Source: a bacterium (GTDB taxonomy: Bacteria; Patescibacteriota; JABMPQ01; JBDRIV01). From it: a stretch of DNA of 64,000 bases. Positions 6,828 to 17,898 of the stretch are shown here, in pieces. The position numbers were made by a program, and so were the translations under genes. Numbering within the stretch: position 1 is the first letter of the stretch; each line of letters begins with the position of its first letter. Location: positions 374,943 through 438,942 of the forward strand of contig JBDRIV010000002.1 of assembly GCA_043815505.1 (NCBI GenBank), read 5' to 3'. Below the pieces are notes generated by a model that did not search any database, had not been told where the DNA came from, and saw only the letters and a list, made by a program, of their open reading frames with translations.

Positions 6828-8462
6828 TTACAATTCTTTTGTCATATAAGTTCCTTCAAGTTTATAACCTAATTTGTTTTTATAGTATTCACGAACTCCA
6901 ATACCAGAAATCACCGCCATTTTTTTAATACCTTCTTTCTTAGCAATAACTTCACTTTTCTGCATTAATTTTAGACCAAGTCCTCGGTGTTGAATTCTCT
7001 TACTCTTTTTATCATCATGACGGATGACTTGCCCATAAACATGAAGTTCCCGCAGAAGAGCGGCGTCTTGTATTTCAGGAAACAATGGTTTATTTCGCTT
7101 AGAATTCAAACGCAGACGAGCAAAACCAAATATTATTGAACGGTCTATTGATTCATAAGAAATGAAATACTCTTTACCACGACCAGCAGAATATTTTTGT
7201 ACAAATAGTTTTGCTTTATTGGTATTACTTGTTCTGTTGGTTGCTTCTCGGCAACGAATACATTTACATTTTACATTTTCTTTTTTCATTTTTTGCTGAA
7301 GCATTTCTCGCAAATTTGTTATATTATTTCCCGCGCTAATACTTTCCATGGGAAAATCGCGAATCAATCTATTGATCCGACAATAATAGGGAACGAGCTT
7401 TTTTAACTCTATTAGCAAATCAAACAGCTTACCATGAGAGTAAGGTTTATATTTACCAGATTTCCAAAGCTTATAAAGCGGAGCATATTTATTTACAATA
7501 GTGGGATAGATTTTTAATTGATCAGGTTTGAATTCAGCATCCGAAAATATGCGCTGGATAGTCTGCTGATCAATTTTAGGAGTAGAGCCAGGCAGATTTT
7601 GCATAACATGATAATCTATTTTAAATCCATTTTCTCTTAAGCGGCGGGTAGCAGTTATAGAGTCTTCAATGGTATGACCGCGTTTTATGTTTTTCAAAAT
7701 TTTATCATCAAGTACCTGAATTCCTAATTGCATACGAGTACAACCAACCTTTCTTAAGTGTTGAATTTCTTCTTCTGTAACCCAATCGGGACGAGTTTCT
7801 AAAGTGATACCAATAATTCGATACGCAGCAGTTTCATTTATTTTTTGCGCTTGTTGTAAATTAGCGGAACGACATTTTTTAGGAATAGGTTTGCGAGCAT
7901 ATTTGTAGGGAAAATAATTGGCTGCCTCAAAACATCTTTTAATGAACCACTCTCGGTAATCTTTAGGATAAGCTGACCAGGTTCCACCAAGAACTAAAAG
8001 TTCAATTTTATCAGGCTGATGCCCGTTTTGTAAAAGCGCTCGCAAACGATTATGGGTCATTAAGTAGGGATCGAATTTATTAGCCACCGCTCGCATTGCT
8101 CCTGGTTCAGTTGATAAATAACTCTTAGGCATTCCAGGTTCATTTGGACAGTAAATACAATTACCGGGACAAGGATAGGGCTTGGTAAGAACTGTAACTG
8201 GAGTTACGCCCGAGAGCGTTCTAATTGGTCTAATTTTAAGCAGTCTGGTCACAATTTGATCCTCTGCAATTTCTTTTCTTTTAATCATTGTTTGATATAC
8301 TGACCTTAGTTTAGTTTTGGGTTGAGCAAACAATCCAAAATTCCCCGCGGTGCAGCGGTTGATAAACATGAATTCATTATCTGTATTTGGCTGGCTGTTA
8401 ACTAATTCTTTAATTATTTCAGCCAGAACTTTGTTTTCCTTAGAAGATATTTTAGATTTCAT
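6828..8462 (-). CDS. elp3: Elp3-family tRNA uridine(34) carboxymethyltransferase (radical SAM + KAT)
   Basis: RTLSGVTPV, PYPCPGNCIYCP, GITLETRPD, LKIYPT, LRELHVYG, QHRGLG, VISGIGVREYY. Confidence 0.93.
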   Translation of the reverse strand: MKSKISSKENKVLAEIIKELVNSQPNTDNEFMFINRCTAGNFGLFAQPKTKLRSVYQTMIKRKEIAEDQIVTRLLKIRPIRTLSGVTPVTVLTKPYPCPGNCIYCPNEPGMPKSYLSTEPGAMRAVANKFDPYLMTHNRLRALLQNGHQPDKIELLVLGGTWSAYPKDYREWFIKRCFEAANYFPYKYARKPIPKKCRSANLQQAQKINETAAYRIIGITLETRPDWVTEEEIQHLRKVGCTRMQLGIQVLDDKILKNIKRGHTIEDSITATRRLRENGFKIDYHVMQNLPGSTPKIDQQTIQRIFSDAEFKPDQLKIYPTIVNKYAPLYKLWKSGKYKPYSHGKLFDLLIELKKLVPYYCRINRLIRDFPMESISAGNNITNLREMLQQKMKKENVKCKCIRCREATNRTSNTNKAKLFVQKYSAGRGKEYFISYESIDRSIIFGFARLRLNSKRNKPLFPEIQDAALLRELHVYGQVIRHDDKKSKRIQHRGLGLKLMQKSEVIAKKEGIKKMAVISGIGVREYYKNKLGYKLEGTYMTKEL

Positions 8463-8465
8463 TTA

Positions 8466-9197
8466 ATGCGTAAAAAACTTGTAAAAAATGTTTTAGCCAA
8501 TGTGAATCATAGTTATGCTATCATAGCTAATCATTTTGCCCAAACACGAGTAAAAAATTGGCCACAGGTTGATGAAATGGTAAAAAAATATGTTCATGAC
8601 AAAATGAAGGTGCTGGAGGTAGGGTGTGGTGCTGGTCGTTTAGTAAATTCATTAGCAGATATTTCTGGCGAGATAAGTTATGTTGGTTTAGATAATAACC
8701 TAGAATTTCTAAAAATTGCTAAGAAAAAATTTGGTCATAAATTAAGGGGCTGTAAAATTACCTGGCGTCAAGCAGAATTGTTTAAAACAGGAGAAAAAGA
8801 TAATTCAGTTGATGTTGTTTTATGTATTGCTGCTCTGCATCATATACCATCTGCTAAATTGAGAAAAGATGCCTTGGCAGAATGGCAGAGAATTTTAAAA
8901 CCAGGGGGAATTCTTATTATGACAAATTGGTGGTTGTTATCAAAAGAAGCAGAAAAAAGATATAAGTTGAAAAGACAAAAATTACCGAACAGATTGTTTG
9001 GATATGATAAAGGGGATTATTTAATTCCTTGGAAAAATTCGGAAGGAAAGATTATAGCAAAACGATATTACCACGCATTCACTTTACAGAAGATTGAAGG
9101 TTTATTAAAGCAAGAAAATTTATTGAAAATAGAGAATAAATTATTTACAACTGGTTTTTCCGAAAGCATCTTAACAATTGCTAAAAAGAAAGATTAG
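8466..9197 (+). CDS. Class I SAM methyltransferase, Trm9/ALKBH8-like
   Basis: YAIIANHFAQTRVKNW, LEVGCGAGR, CIAALHHIPS...R, DYLIPW, RYYHAF. Confidence 0.8.
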   Translation: MRKKLVKNVLANVNHSYAIIANHFAQTRVKNWPQVDEMVKKYVHDKMKVLEVGCGAGRLVNSLADISGEISYVGLDNNLEFLKIAKKKFGHKLRGCKITWRQAELFKTGEKDNSVDVVLCIAALHHIPSAKLRKDALAEWQRILKPGGILIMTNWWLLSKEAEKRYKLKRQKLPNRLFGYDKGDYLIPWKNSEGKIIAKRYYHAFTLQKIEGLLKQENLLKIENKLFTTGFSESILTIAKKKD

Positions 9198-9245
9198 AGA
9201 AATTTACCAAAGCCTTGGCCTGTGGTAATCTTAAATGACAAAGGC

Positions 9246-9276
9246 ATAAAAAAAGACTGCACTTGGTGCAGTCTTG
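9246..9276. terminator. Terminator hairpin between convergent genes
   Basis: AAGACTGCAC-TTG-GTGCAGTCTT preceded by an A-tract. Confidence 0.7.
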
Positions 9277-9286
9277 GGTAAGGGGT

Positions 9287-9703
9287 TCAAACGGGTCGTG
9301 ATTGAATTATTTCCTGAAAGAAAGTTTCTTCTTTGAAGAAATCTTCCATACGGATTATACGATTAGAGCGTGAACAGATGCGTATTACTTTCTCCGAAGG
9401 GAAAGTTATAGGCATTACTAGAAAATTAAAACGGTGATGATAAGAAATAAGAGTTTTGGTTATGTATCCCCAGTGTTCTTCTCCTCTAAATCGGAAATAA
9501 AGTTTCCAAGCGCCCCATGATTTTCCCGACAAGAAATCTTCTTTGGAGATTCCGGTTGGAAAAAACAATGGCTGCTCAACATGTTGTTCATATTCCTCCC
9601 TGTTTTGAGTTTGAAAATTGCAGAACGGACAGAGGTGCCACCACTTCTGATCGAACTGCCGATCCCAATTGAAGCATGATTTACACATTGTGTACCCCCA
9701 CAC
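9287..9703 (-). CDS. Hypothetical Cys-containing protein (possible zinc finger)
   Basis: CKSC and CPFC...EEYEQH; upstream TTGTAA-16-TATAAT; start uncertain. Confidence 0.55.
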   Translation of the reverse strand: MWGYTMCKSCFNWDRQFDQKWWHLCPFCNFQTQNREEYEQHVEQPLFFPTGISKEDFLSGKSWGAWKLYFRFRGEEHWGYITKTLISYHHRFNFLVMPITFPSEKVIRICSRSNRIIRMEDFFKEETFFQEIIQSRPV

Positions 9704-9769
9704 AATTGGAAAGAACGAAGAATTTCAATTATAGCAATTAGTTTAAATTTTACAAATTAATTATCCACC

Positions 9770-10636
9770 ATGAACCAAGAGGTTTTACAAAAGGTTTTAC
9801 AGGCACAAAAAAATGAAATAACAGAATATTATATTTATTACAAACTATCTCGAATTATAAAAAGTGCCAAGCATGCAGAAATTTTGGAACACTTAGCAAC
9901 TGATGAAAAGCGTCATTATAATATTTGGAAAAAGCTCACAGGAAGAAAAGTTAAACCTAGTAAAACAAAAATAATCTATTATACTTTTTTAGCTCGGATT
10001 TTTGGTCTAACCTTTAGCATTAAGCTGATGGAGAGAGGGGAGGAATTAGCACAAGGAGTTTATAAAGGAATTTCAGCTGAAATTGATGAGGCTCGAGAAG
10101 TAATGAAAGATGAACAAAAACATGAAGCGGAACTTATATCATTAATTGATGAAGGTTCTCTTAAGTATGTTGGTTCTGTGGTTTTGGGTTTAAATGATGC
10201 CTTGGTTGAGTTGACAGGAATTTTGGCGGGACTTACCTTTGCTTTAAGAGATTTAAAACTAATTGCTGTAACAGGACTGGTGACAGGAATTGCTGCCGGT
10301 CTTTCCATGGCAGCCAGTGAATATCTTTCAACTAAAACTGTCGTCAGCAATAAAAGGCCATTTAAAGCAGCGGTTTATACCGGTATAACATATTTGGGAA
10401 CTGTGGCCGTTTTAATTACGCCCTATTTAATATTTAATGAAGTTTTTGTAGCCTTAGGATTTACTTTAGCTTTGGCAATACTAATAATATTTATCTTCAA
10501 CTTCTATATTTCTGTTGCCAAACAATTTAAATTTTGGCGAAGATTTTTAGAAATGGTAGCTATAAGTATGGGCATTGCCATAATTTCTTTTGGTATCGGA
10601 TATGTAGTGAGAAATATATTTGGTGTTGAAATATAA
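9770..10636 (+). CDS. Rubrerythrin/ferritin-like plus VIT1/CCC1 transporter
   Basis: DEKRH and DEQKHE iron motifs; VLGLNDALVELTG and SMAASEYLS. Confidence 0.9.
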   Translation: MNQEVLQKVLQAQKNEITEYYIYYKLSRIIKSAKHAEILEHLATDEKRHYNIWKKLTGRKVKPSKTKIIYYTFLARIFGLTFSIKLMERGEELAQGVYKGISAEIDEAREVMKDEQKHEAELISLIDEGSLKYVGSVVLGLNDALVELTGILAGLTFALRDLKLIAVTGLVTGIAAGLSMAASEYLSTKTVVSNKRPFKAAVYTGITYLGTVAVLITPYLIFNEVFVALGFTLALAILIIFIFNFYISVAKQFKFWRRFLEMVAISMGIAIISFGIGYVVRNIFGVEI

Positions 10637-10690
10637 CTTTGACCAAAAAGTGTTTTAATTGTAAAATAAAAACACATTCGAACTAAAAAA

Positions 10691-12283
10691 ATGCCCACAA
10701 AACAAAAAGAAAAAATAAAGCCAACTTTGCTAATTATTCTTGATGGTTGGGGACTGGCTTTGCCTTCGGAAGGTAATGCTATTACGAAAGCCAAAATTCC
10801 CAATTATGAATTTTATTTTGGTAGCTATCCGCATACAAATTTAACTGCTCATGGCGAGGCGGTTGGTTTACCACGCGGTTATATGGGAAATTCTGAAGTT
10901 GGCCATTTAACTTTGGGTTCTGGTCGTACTGTTGACCAAGACTTAGTGCGTATTAATCGTGCTATTAAAGATGGCACATTTTATCAAAATCCAACCTTAC
11001 TTGCTACCATTTTCAATATTAAATACAACAATTCCAAATTACATTTAATGGGACTTATATCTAAAGGAGGAGTGCACGGAGAGATTGAACATTTGTATGC
11101 TTTACTTGAGTTTGCTAAGCGTTACAAAATAAAAGAAGTTTGCATTCATCTATTTACTGATGGTCGCGATATGCCACCAAAAAGTGCTGATGAAATGATT
11201 CACGAACTGGAAGCAAAAATTAAAAAATTTGGTGTTGGTAAAATAGTTTCGATTACCGGTCGTTATTATGCTATGGATCGCGCTCATAATTGGAATCGTT
11301 CACAGGATGTTTATGAGGCTATGGTTTATGGAAAGGGTGAGCAAGCTAAAACTGCTCATGAAGCAATTGATAGAGCTTATAAAAAAGGTTTAAACGACCA
11401 AACAATTCCACCAACCTTAATAGGAATTAGTAAAAAAGAAATTGATAAGAATTTGGTAAAAGATAAAGATGCTATTATATTTATCAATTTTCGGTCGGAC
11501 AGAGCTCGTCAACTTACCAAACCGTTTGTTATGGATGAATTCAAGTTTTTTGATCGTGGTAATAAACATCCTAGCAATTTATTCTTTGTGGGTATGACGG
11601 ACTTTGGTGTGGATTTGCCTATGTTTGTAGCTTACCCGATGGTAAGTGCTAAAAATGCTTTACCGGAAGTTTTAGGAAATCATATGGAGAATAAGCAATG
11701 TTATATTGCTGAAGAAGAAAAATTTGCTCATGTTGCTTTCTTCTTTCATGGCGGTTCCTCTATTCCCGAAGAAAATGAGGAAAGAATTATGATTGACACA
11801 CCAGATGTGGCCGATTATGCTAAACTGCCAGAAATGGCTCTGCCTCAAGTTACAGCCAAGCTAGTGGAAATGATAAATAAAAATGAATACGAATTTATTA
11901 TGACCAATATTTCCAATGCCGATATGATTGCTCATACAGGAAATTTACCAGCCAGTATTAAAGCGGTTGAATGTATTGATAAATATTTAAAAATAATGAT
12001 TGATGAAGTTTTAAAACTAAAAGGAAGAATTATTGTAACAGCTGACCATGGTAACGCTGAAGAATTAATTGATTTAGAAACCGGTGGTATTGATACCAAA
12101 CATTCCACTAATCCAGTACCATTTATAATAATAAGCGAAGAAGAAAAAATAGTTGGCCGACGAGCAAAAAATAAGCTAAAATTAAGAGATGGGGAACTGG
12201 CTGACGTCGCTCCCACTATTCTCGATTTATTGGGAATAGAAAAACCCAAGGAAATGTCTGGTCATTCACTTTTAGAAGAATAA
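10691..12283 (+). CDS. gpmI: 2,3-bisphosphoglycerate-independent phosphoglycerate mutase
   Basis: LIILDGWG, MGNSEVGH, TDGRD, GRYYAMDR, NFRSDRARQ, TADHGNAE. Confidence 0.97.
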   Translation: MPTKQKEKIKPTLLIILDGWGLALPSEGNAITKAKIPNYEFYFGSYPHTNLTAHGEAVGLPRGYMGNSEVGHLTLGSGRTVDQDLVRINRAIKDGTFYQNPTLLATIFNIKYNNSKLHLMGLISKGGVHGEIEHLYALLEFAKRYKIKEVCIHLFTDGRDMPPKSADEMIHELEAKIKKFGVGKIVSITGRYYAMDRAHNWNRSQDVYEAMVYGKGEQAKTAHEAIDRAYKKGLNDQTIPPTLIGISKKEIDKNLVKDKDAIIFINFRSDRARQLTKPFVMDEFKFFDRGNKHPSNLFFVGMTDFGVDLPMFVAYPMVSAKNALPEVLGNHMENKQCYIAEEEKFAHVAFFFHGGSSIPEENEERIMIDTPDVADYAKLPEMALPQVTAKLVEMINKNEYEFIMTNISNADMIAHTGNLPASIKAVECIDKYLKIMIDEVLKLKGRIIVTADHGNAEELIDLETGGIDTKHSTNPVPFIIISEEEKIVGRRAKNKLKLRDGELADVAPTILDLLGIEKPKEMSGHSLLEE

Positions 12284-12284
12284 T

Positions 12285-13676
12285 ATGCGCGGAACAATAA
12301 GACAAAGATTATTTAAAGAATGTTACGAAAATAATATTCCCTTGTATGAGTGCCCTTCGTTTTTATTCGTGATTTTAGGCTTTATTACAATCATGACGGT
12401 TGTAATTACTTTTTTTCTAGCTTTAAATTCTGCGCCAGAGGAAATAGTTATAGTTAGTGTTTGTGTAATTGCTGGAGCGATGATAGTAGTGGGTAATCTG
12501 ATAATTAATGGAGTTGATGCTATGATAAAAGAAAAAAGAAGAGCAGAACTGGAACAAAAAAAAGTTGAAGCCATCATTCAAAATTTAACCGATGGTTTAA
12601 TAATGTTCGATAACAGACACACAGTTTTACTTGTTAATTCGCAGGCAGCTAAATTATTAAATGTTAAGATTAATGATTTGATAGGAAAATCTGCTACCGA
12701 TAAAAAATTTCTTAAAGATTATCCACTATTCAAACAAATAACAAAACATTTTCCAAGAATTCAAGAATCACAAAAAGATCGAATCAAAGTAGAAAAGGCT
12801 ACAATTGGCGAAAGAGAAGCAGAAAAGAAAATTCTCAAAATTACCACCGCTCCAGTTTGGGGAGATAACAATCAACTTCTAGGATCAGTAAAGACTATTC
12901 AAGATATAACCAGAGAAGACCAGATTAATTCTATGAAATCAGAATTTATTAGTATTGCCTCTCATCAATTACGAACGCCACTCTCGTCTTTAAAATGGTT
13001 CATGGAATTATTATTGAATGGGCGAGCAGGAAAGTTGAACTCAGAACAAGAGGAAATGATTCAGCAAATGGATAAAAACAACGAGCGCATGATTGAATTA
13101 GTAGAAAATCTTTTAAATATCTCTAGAATTGAAGGAGGAAAAGCTCAACTAGAAATTGCTGAAGTAAATGCTTCCGAATTTGTGGAGGATGTAATTAAGG
13201 ATATAAAACCACAAATTAAGAAAAAACATATTGAATTAATTAGCAATATCGATGCTAATTTAAAAACTAAATGTGATCCTAAGCAAGCAAAAATGGTCGT
13301 TCAAAATTTAGTTGACAATGCAGTTAAATATACGATTGAAAAAGGAAAAATAAAATTTAATTTGCAAAAAGTAAATTATTCCGCTTTAGAAAATATAAAT
13401 AATTTTAAAAAGAAAAAAAGAAAAAGCGATGGTAAATATCAGGAATGGATACTATTTTCAGTTAAAGATTCAGGAATTGGTATTCCTTTGGAAGATCAAC
13501 AAAAAGTATTTTCCAAATTCTATCGCTCTCGAAATGCTAAAACTTTGCAGGTGCACGGCACTGGCTTAGGACTTCATATTAGTGAAGTTATTGCCGATCG
13601 TCACGATGGTCATTTGTGGTTTGAATCCAAAGAGAGTAAAGGAAGTACATTTTATTTTACCTTACCTATAAAATGA
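12285..13676 (+). CDS. Membrane PAS sensor histidine kinase
   Basis: 2 TM, PAS, SHQLRTPL H-box, NLVDNAVKY, DSGIGI, GTGLGL. Confidence 0.95.
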   Translation: MRGTIRQRLFKECYENNIPLYECPSFLFVILGFITIMTVVITFFLALNSAPEEIVIVSVCVIAGAMIVVGNLIINGVDAMIKEKRRAELEQKKVEAIIQNLTDGLIMFDNRHTVLLVNSQAAKLLNVKINDLIGKSATDKKFLKDYPLFKQITKHFPRIQESQKDRIKVEKATIGEREAEKKILKITTAPVWGDNNQLLGSVKTIQDITREDQINSMKSEFISIASHQLRTPLSSLKWFMELLLNGRAGKLNSEQEEMIQQMDKNNERMIELVENLLNISRIEGGKAQLEIAEVNASEFVEDVIKDIKPQIKKKHIELISNIDANLKTKCDPKQAKMVVQNLVDNAVKYTIEKGKIKFNLQKVNYSALENINNFKKKKRKSDGKYQEWILFSVKDSGIGIPLEDQQKVFSKFYRSRNAKTLQVHGTGLGLHISEVIADRHDGHLWFESKESKGSTFYFTLPIK

Positions 13677-14045
13677 AATTATAAAAAAGTTCTATTTATA
13701 GAAGACGAAAAAATAATGATCAAAGCTCTGCAGATGGAAAGTAAGGAATATAATTTTAAAACCTTGATTGCTATTACCGGAGAAGAAGGGTTAGAATTAG
13801 TAAAAAAGGAAAAGCCTGACTTAGTAATACTTGATTTAATGTTGCCGGGAATTGATGGTTTTCAGGTTTTAAAGAATTAAAAGTCAATAAAGAATTAAAA
13901 AAATATACCAGAAATAATCTTATCTAATTTAGAACACGAAGGGGATAAAGATACGGGCTTGAAACTTGGGGTTGAAGATTATATTATAAAAGATGTAACA
14001 CCTCTAAAAGACATAATAGAAAAAATTAACAATTATCTAAAATAA
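13673..14045 (+). pseudogene. Frameshifted receiver-domain response regulator
   Basis: KVLFIEDE...KPDLVILDLMLPGIDGFQVL...IILSNL...GVEDYIIK split by frameshifts near 13676, 13872 and 13900. Confidence 0.85.
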
Positions 14046-14047
14046 AA

Positions 14048-14434
14048 ATGAAAGAAGAAACCAAGAAAAAAGTATTAGTAATTGAAGATGAAACCGCTTT
14101 ATTATTTGCTATACGCGCTGAATTAAGTTATGCCGGTTATGAAGTTTTAGCTGCCTCAACAGGGGAAGAGGGTTTAAAAATGTTTCAAGACAAAAAACCG
14201 GACTTAGTGGTTCTGGATTTAATATTGCCCGGTATAGATGGTTTTGAGATTCTATCGGAAATAAAAAAAGATTCAGGCAAGAAAATGATACCAGTTTTAG
14301 TGGTTTCAAACCTAGGCGATAAGAATGACATTGAAAGAGCTAAAAGTCTTGGTGCCTATGATTACCTAGTAAAAGCAAATTATTCACTGGAAAGTATTCA
14401 AGAGAAAATTAAAGAGGCTCTAAAAAGCGCTTAA
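14048..14434 (+). CDS. Single-domain response regulator
   Basis: VLVIEDE, PDLVVLDLILPGIDG, GAYDYLVK. Confidence 0.95.
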   Translation: MKEETKKKVLVIEDETALLFAIRAELSYAGYEVLAASTGEEGLKMFQDKKPDLVVLDLILPGIDGFEILSEIKKDSGKKMIPVLVVSNLGDKNDIERAKSLGAYDYLVKANYSLESIQEKIKEALKSA

Positions 14435-14564
14435 ATAAGCAAAACAATTTAATCTTGACCCGGTAGTACAAACAGAAGAAAGATAGATTACTTTTGTATT
14501 ATAGATGAAATATATTCTAAAATTAGTTAAAAACATTAATTAATCAATAAGTTGTACTACTGGG

Positions 14565-14592
14565 TTGACAGCTAAATTTATTTGATTATAAT
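14565..14592 (+). promoter_or_regulatory. sigma70 promoter of the hrcA operon
   Basis: TTGACA-16-TATAAT. Confidence 0.85.
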
Positions 14593-14597
14593 AAGTA

Positions 14598-14624
14598 TTA
14601 GCACTCTAATGGTATGAGTGCTAA
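14598..14624 (+). promoter_or_regulatory. CIRCE operator
   Basis: Perfect TTAGCACTC-N9-GAGTGCTAA upstream of hrcA. Confidence 0.98.
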
Positions 14625-14639
14625 TTTTAAACTAGACTT

Positions 14640-15356
14640 GTGAAGCCCAGAACAGAAAAAATCTTTCAGGCCATCCTGAAAGAATACATTAAAACAGCTG
14701 AACCAGTTGGTTCTAAGATTCTTTGTGAGCGCTATAATTTTAGTCTCTCTCCCGCTACCATCCGAAACGAAATGAAGAGATTAGAAAAGGAAGAATTTAT
14801 ATTTCAGCCTCACACTTCGGCCGGACGAGTTCCCACTGATAAAGGTTATAGGCATTATGTAGATTCCTTAATGAGAGGCAGGGAATTATCTAGTATAGAA
14901 CAAAAAAAGGTACAGACTGAATTCTTAAAATTGCAAGCTCGTTATAATCGTTTATCACGCACAACTTCCAAATTACTTTCATTACTCACTCAAAACATGG
15001 CGATAAGCGGATCGTTGGATGAAAAAGAAGTGATTGGTTCTGGCATAACCCAACTTTTAAAACAACCAGAATTTGCCGAAACTAGTCAGGTTTATGAAAT
15101 AGCTGAAGCCCTGGATTGGTTAGATGAAAATATAGAAGATGTTATGACGAAGGGCGCAGGTCCGATTGATGTATTTATCGGTGATGAGAATCCCACCAAA
15201 CATTTAAATGGTTGTAGTATGGTTGTTTCACGTTATCGCTTACCATCCGGAACAGAAGGATTTATGGCAGTCGTTGGACCAAAAAGAATGCGTTATTCTC
15301 ATACCATCCCGCTTGTAGAATTCTTATCAAATTATTTAAACGAAGGAGATTACTAA
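14640..15356 (+). CDS. hrcA: Heat-inducible transcription repressor (short form)
   Basis: EPVGSK, SPATIRNEM, QPHTSAGRVPTDKGYR, VVGPKRMRY. Confidence 0.95.
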   Translation: MKPRTEKIFQAILKEYIKTAEPVGSKILCERYNFSLSPATIRNEMKRLEKEEFIFQPHTSAGRVPTDKGYRHYVDSLMRGRELSSIEQKKVQTEFLKLQARYNRLSRTTSKLLSLLTQNMAISGSLDEKEVIGSGITQLLKQPEFAETSQVYEIAEALDWLDENIEDVMTKGAGPIDVFIGDENPTKHLNGCSMVVSRYRLPSGTEGFMAVVGPKRMRYSHTIPLVEFLSNYLNEGDY

Positions 15357-15829
15357 TGTTGGATAAAAAAGATGTTAAAAAATTAGACAAAAGAATTAAA
15401 GCCTTAGAAGATGAAGCTAAAGACTATTTGGCTGGTTGGCAAAGAGCTAAAGCAGATTATTTAAATTTACAAAAAAGAATTGAGAAGGACCAAGCTGACT
15501 TTAAAAATTATGCCACTGAAGAAATTTTGTTAAGTTTATTACCAATAATTGATAATTTTACAGCCGCTTTTAAAACTAAGCAAGTAAAAGATGATTCTTG
15601 GCGGGAAGGTATTAAACATATTAAAAATCAACTGGAAAAGTTTTTAGCAGATCATGACGTAATAGAGATTGCCACGAAAGGTAAAACCTTTGATCCGACA
15701 ATTCACGAAGCAGTTGAACATATTAAAAATAAGAAATTTGTAACTGGCCAAATTGTAGAGGAAGTACGTAAAGGATACAAACTTCATGATAAAGTTTTGC
15801 GCGCCAGTCAAGTTAAAGTAGCTAAATAA
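15356..15829 (+). CDS. grpE: Nucleotide exchange factor GrpE
   Basis: RAKADYLN, FDPTIHEAV, KGYKLHDKVLRASQVKV. Confidence 0.95.
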   Translation: MLDKKDVKKLDKRIKALEDEAKDYLAGWQRAKADYLNLQKRIEKDQADFKNYATEEILLSLLPIIDNFTAAFKTKQVKDDSWREGIKHIKNQLEKFLADHDVIEIATKGKTFDPTIHEAVEHIKNKKFVTGQIVEEVRKGYKLHDKVLRASQVKVAK

Positions 15830-15850
15830 TAATTAATTGATTCTAATTAA

Positions 15851-17851
<2,001 letters not shown>

Positions 17852-17855
17852 ATCA

Positions 17856-17879
17856 TGGGGGCGGCTTTTGCCGCCCCAC
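17856..17879 (+). terminator. GC-rich hairpin after dnaK
   Basis: GGGGCGGC-TTTT-GCCGCCCC; no U-tract. Confidence 0.55.
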
Positions 17880-17898
17880 TAATTATTAAATCACAAAA

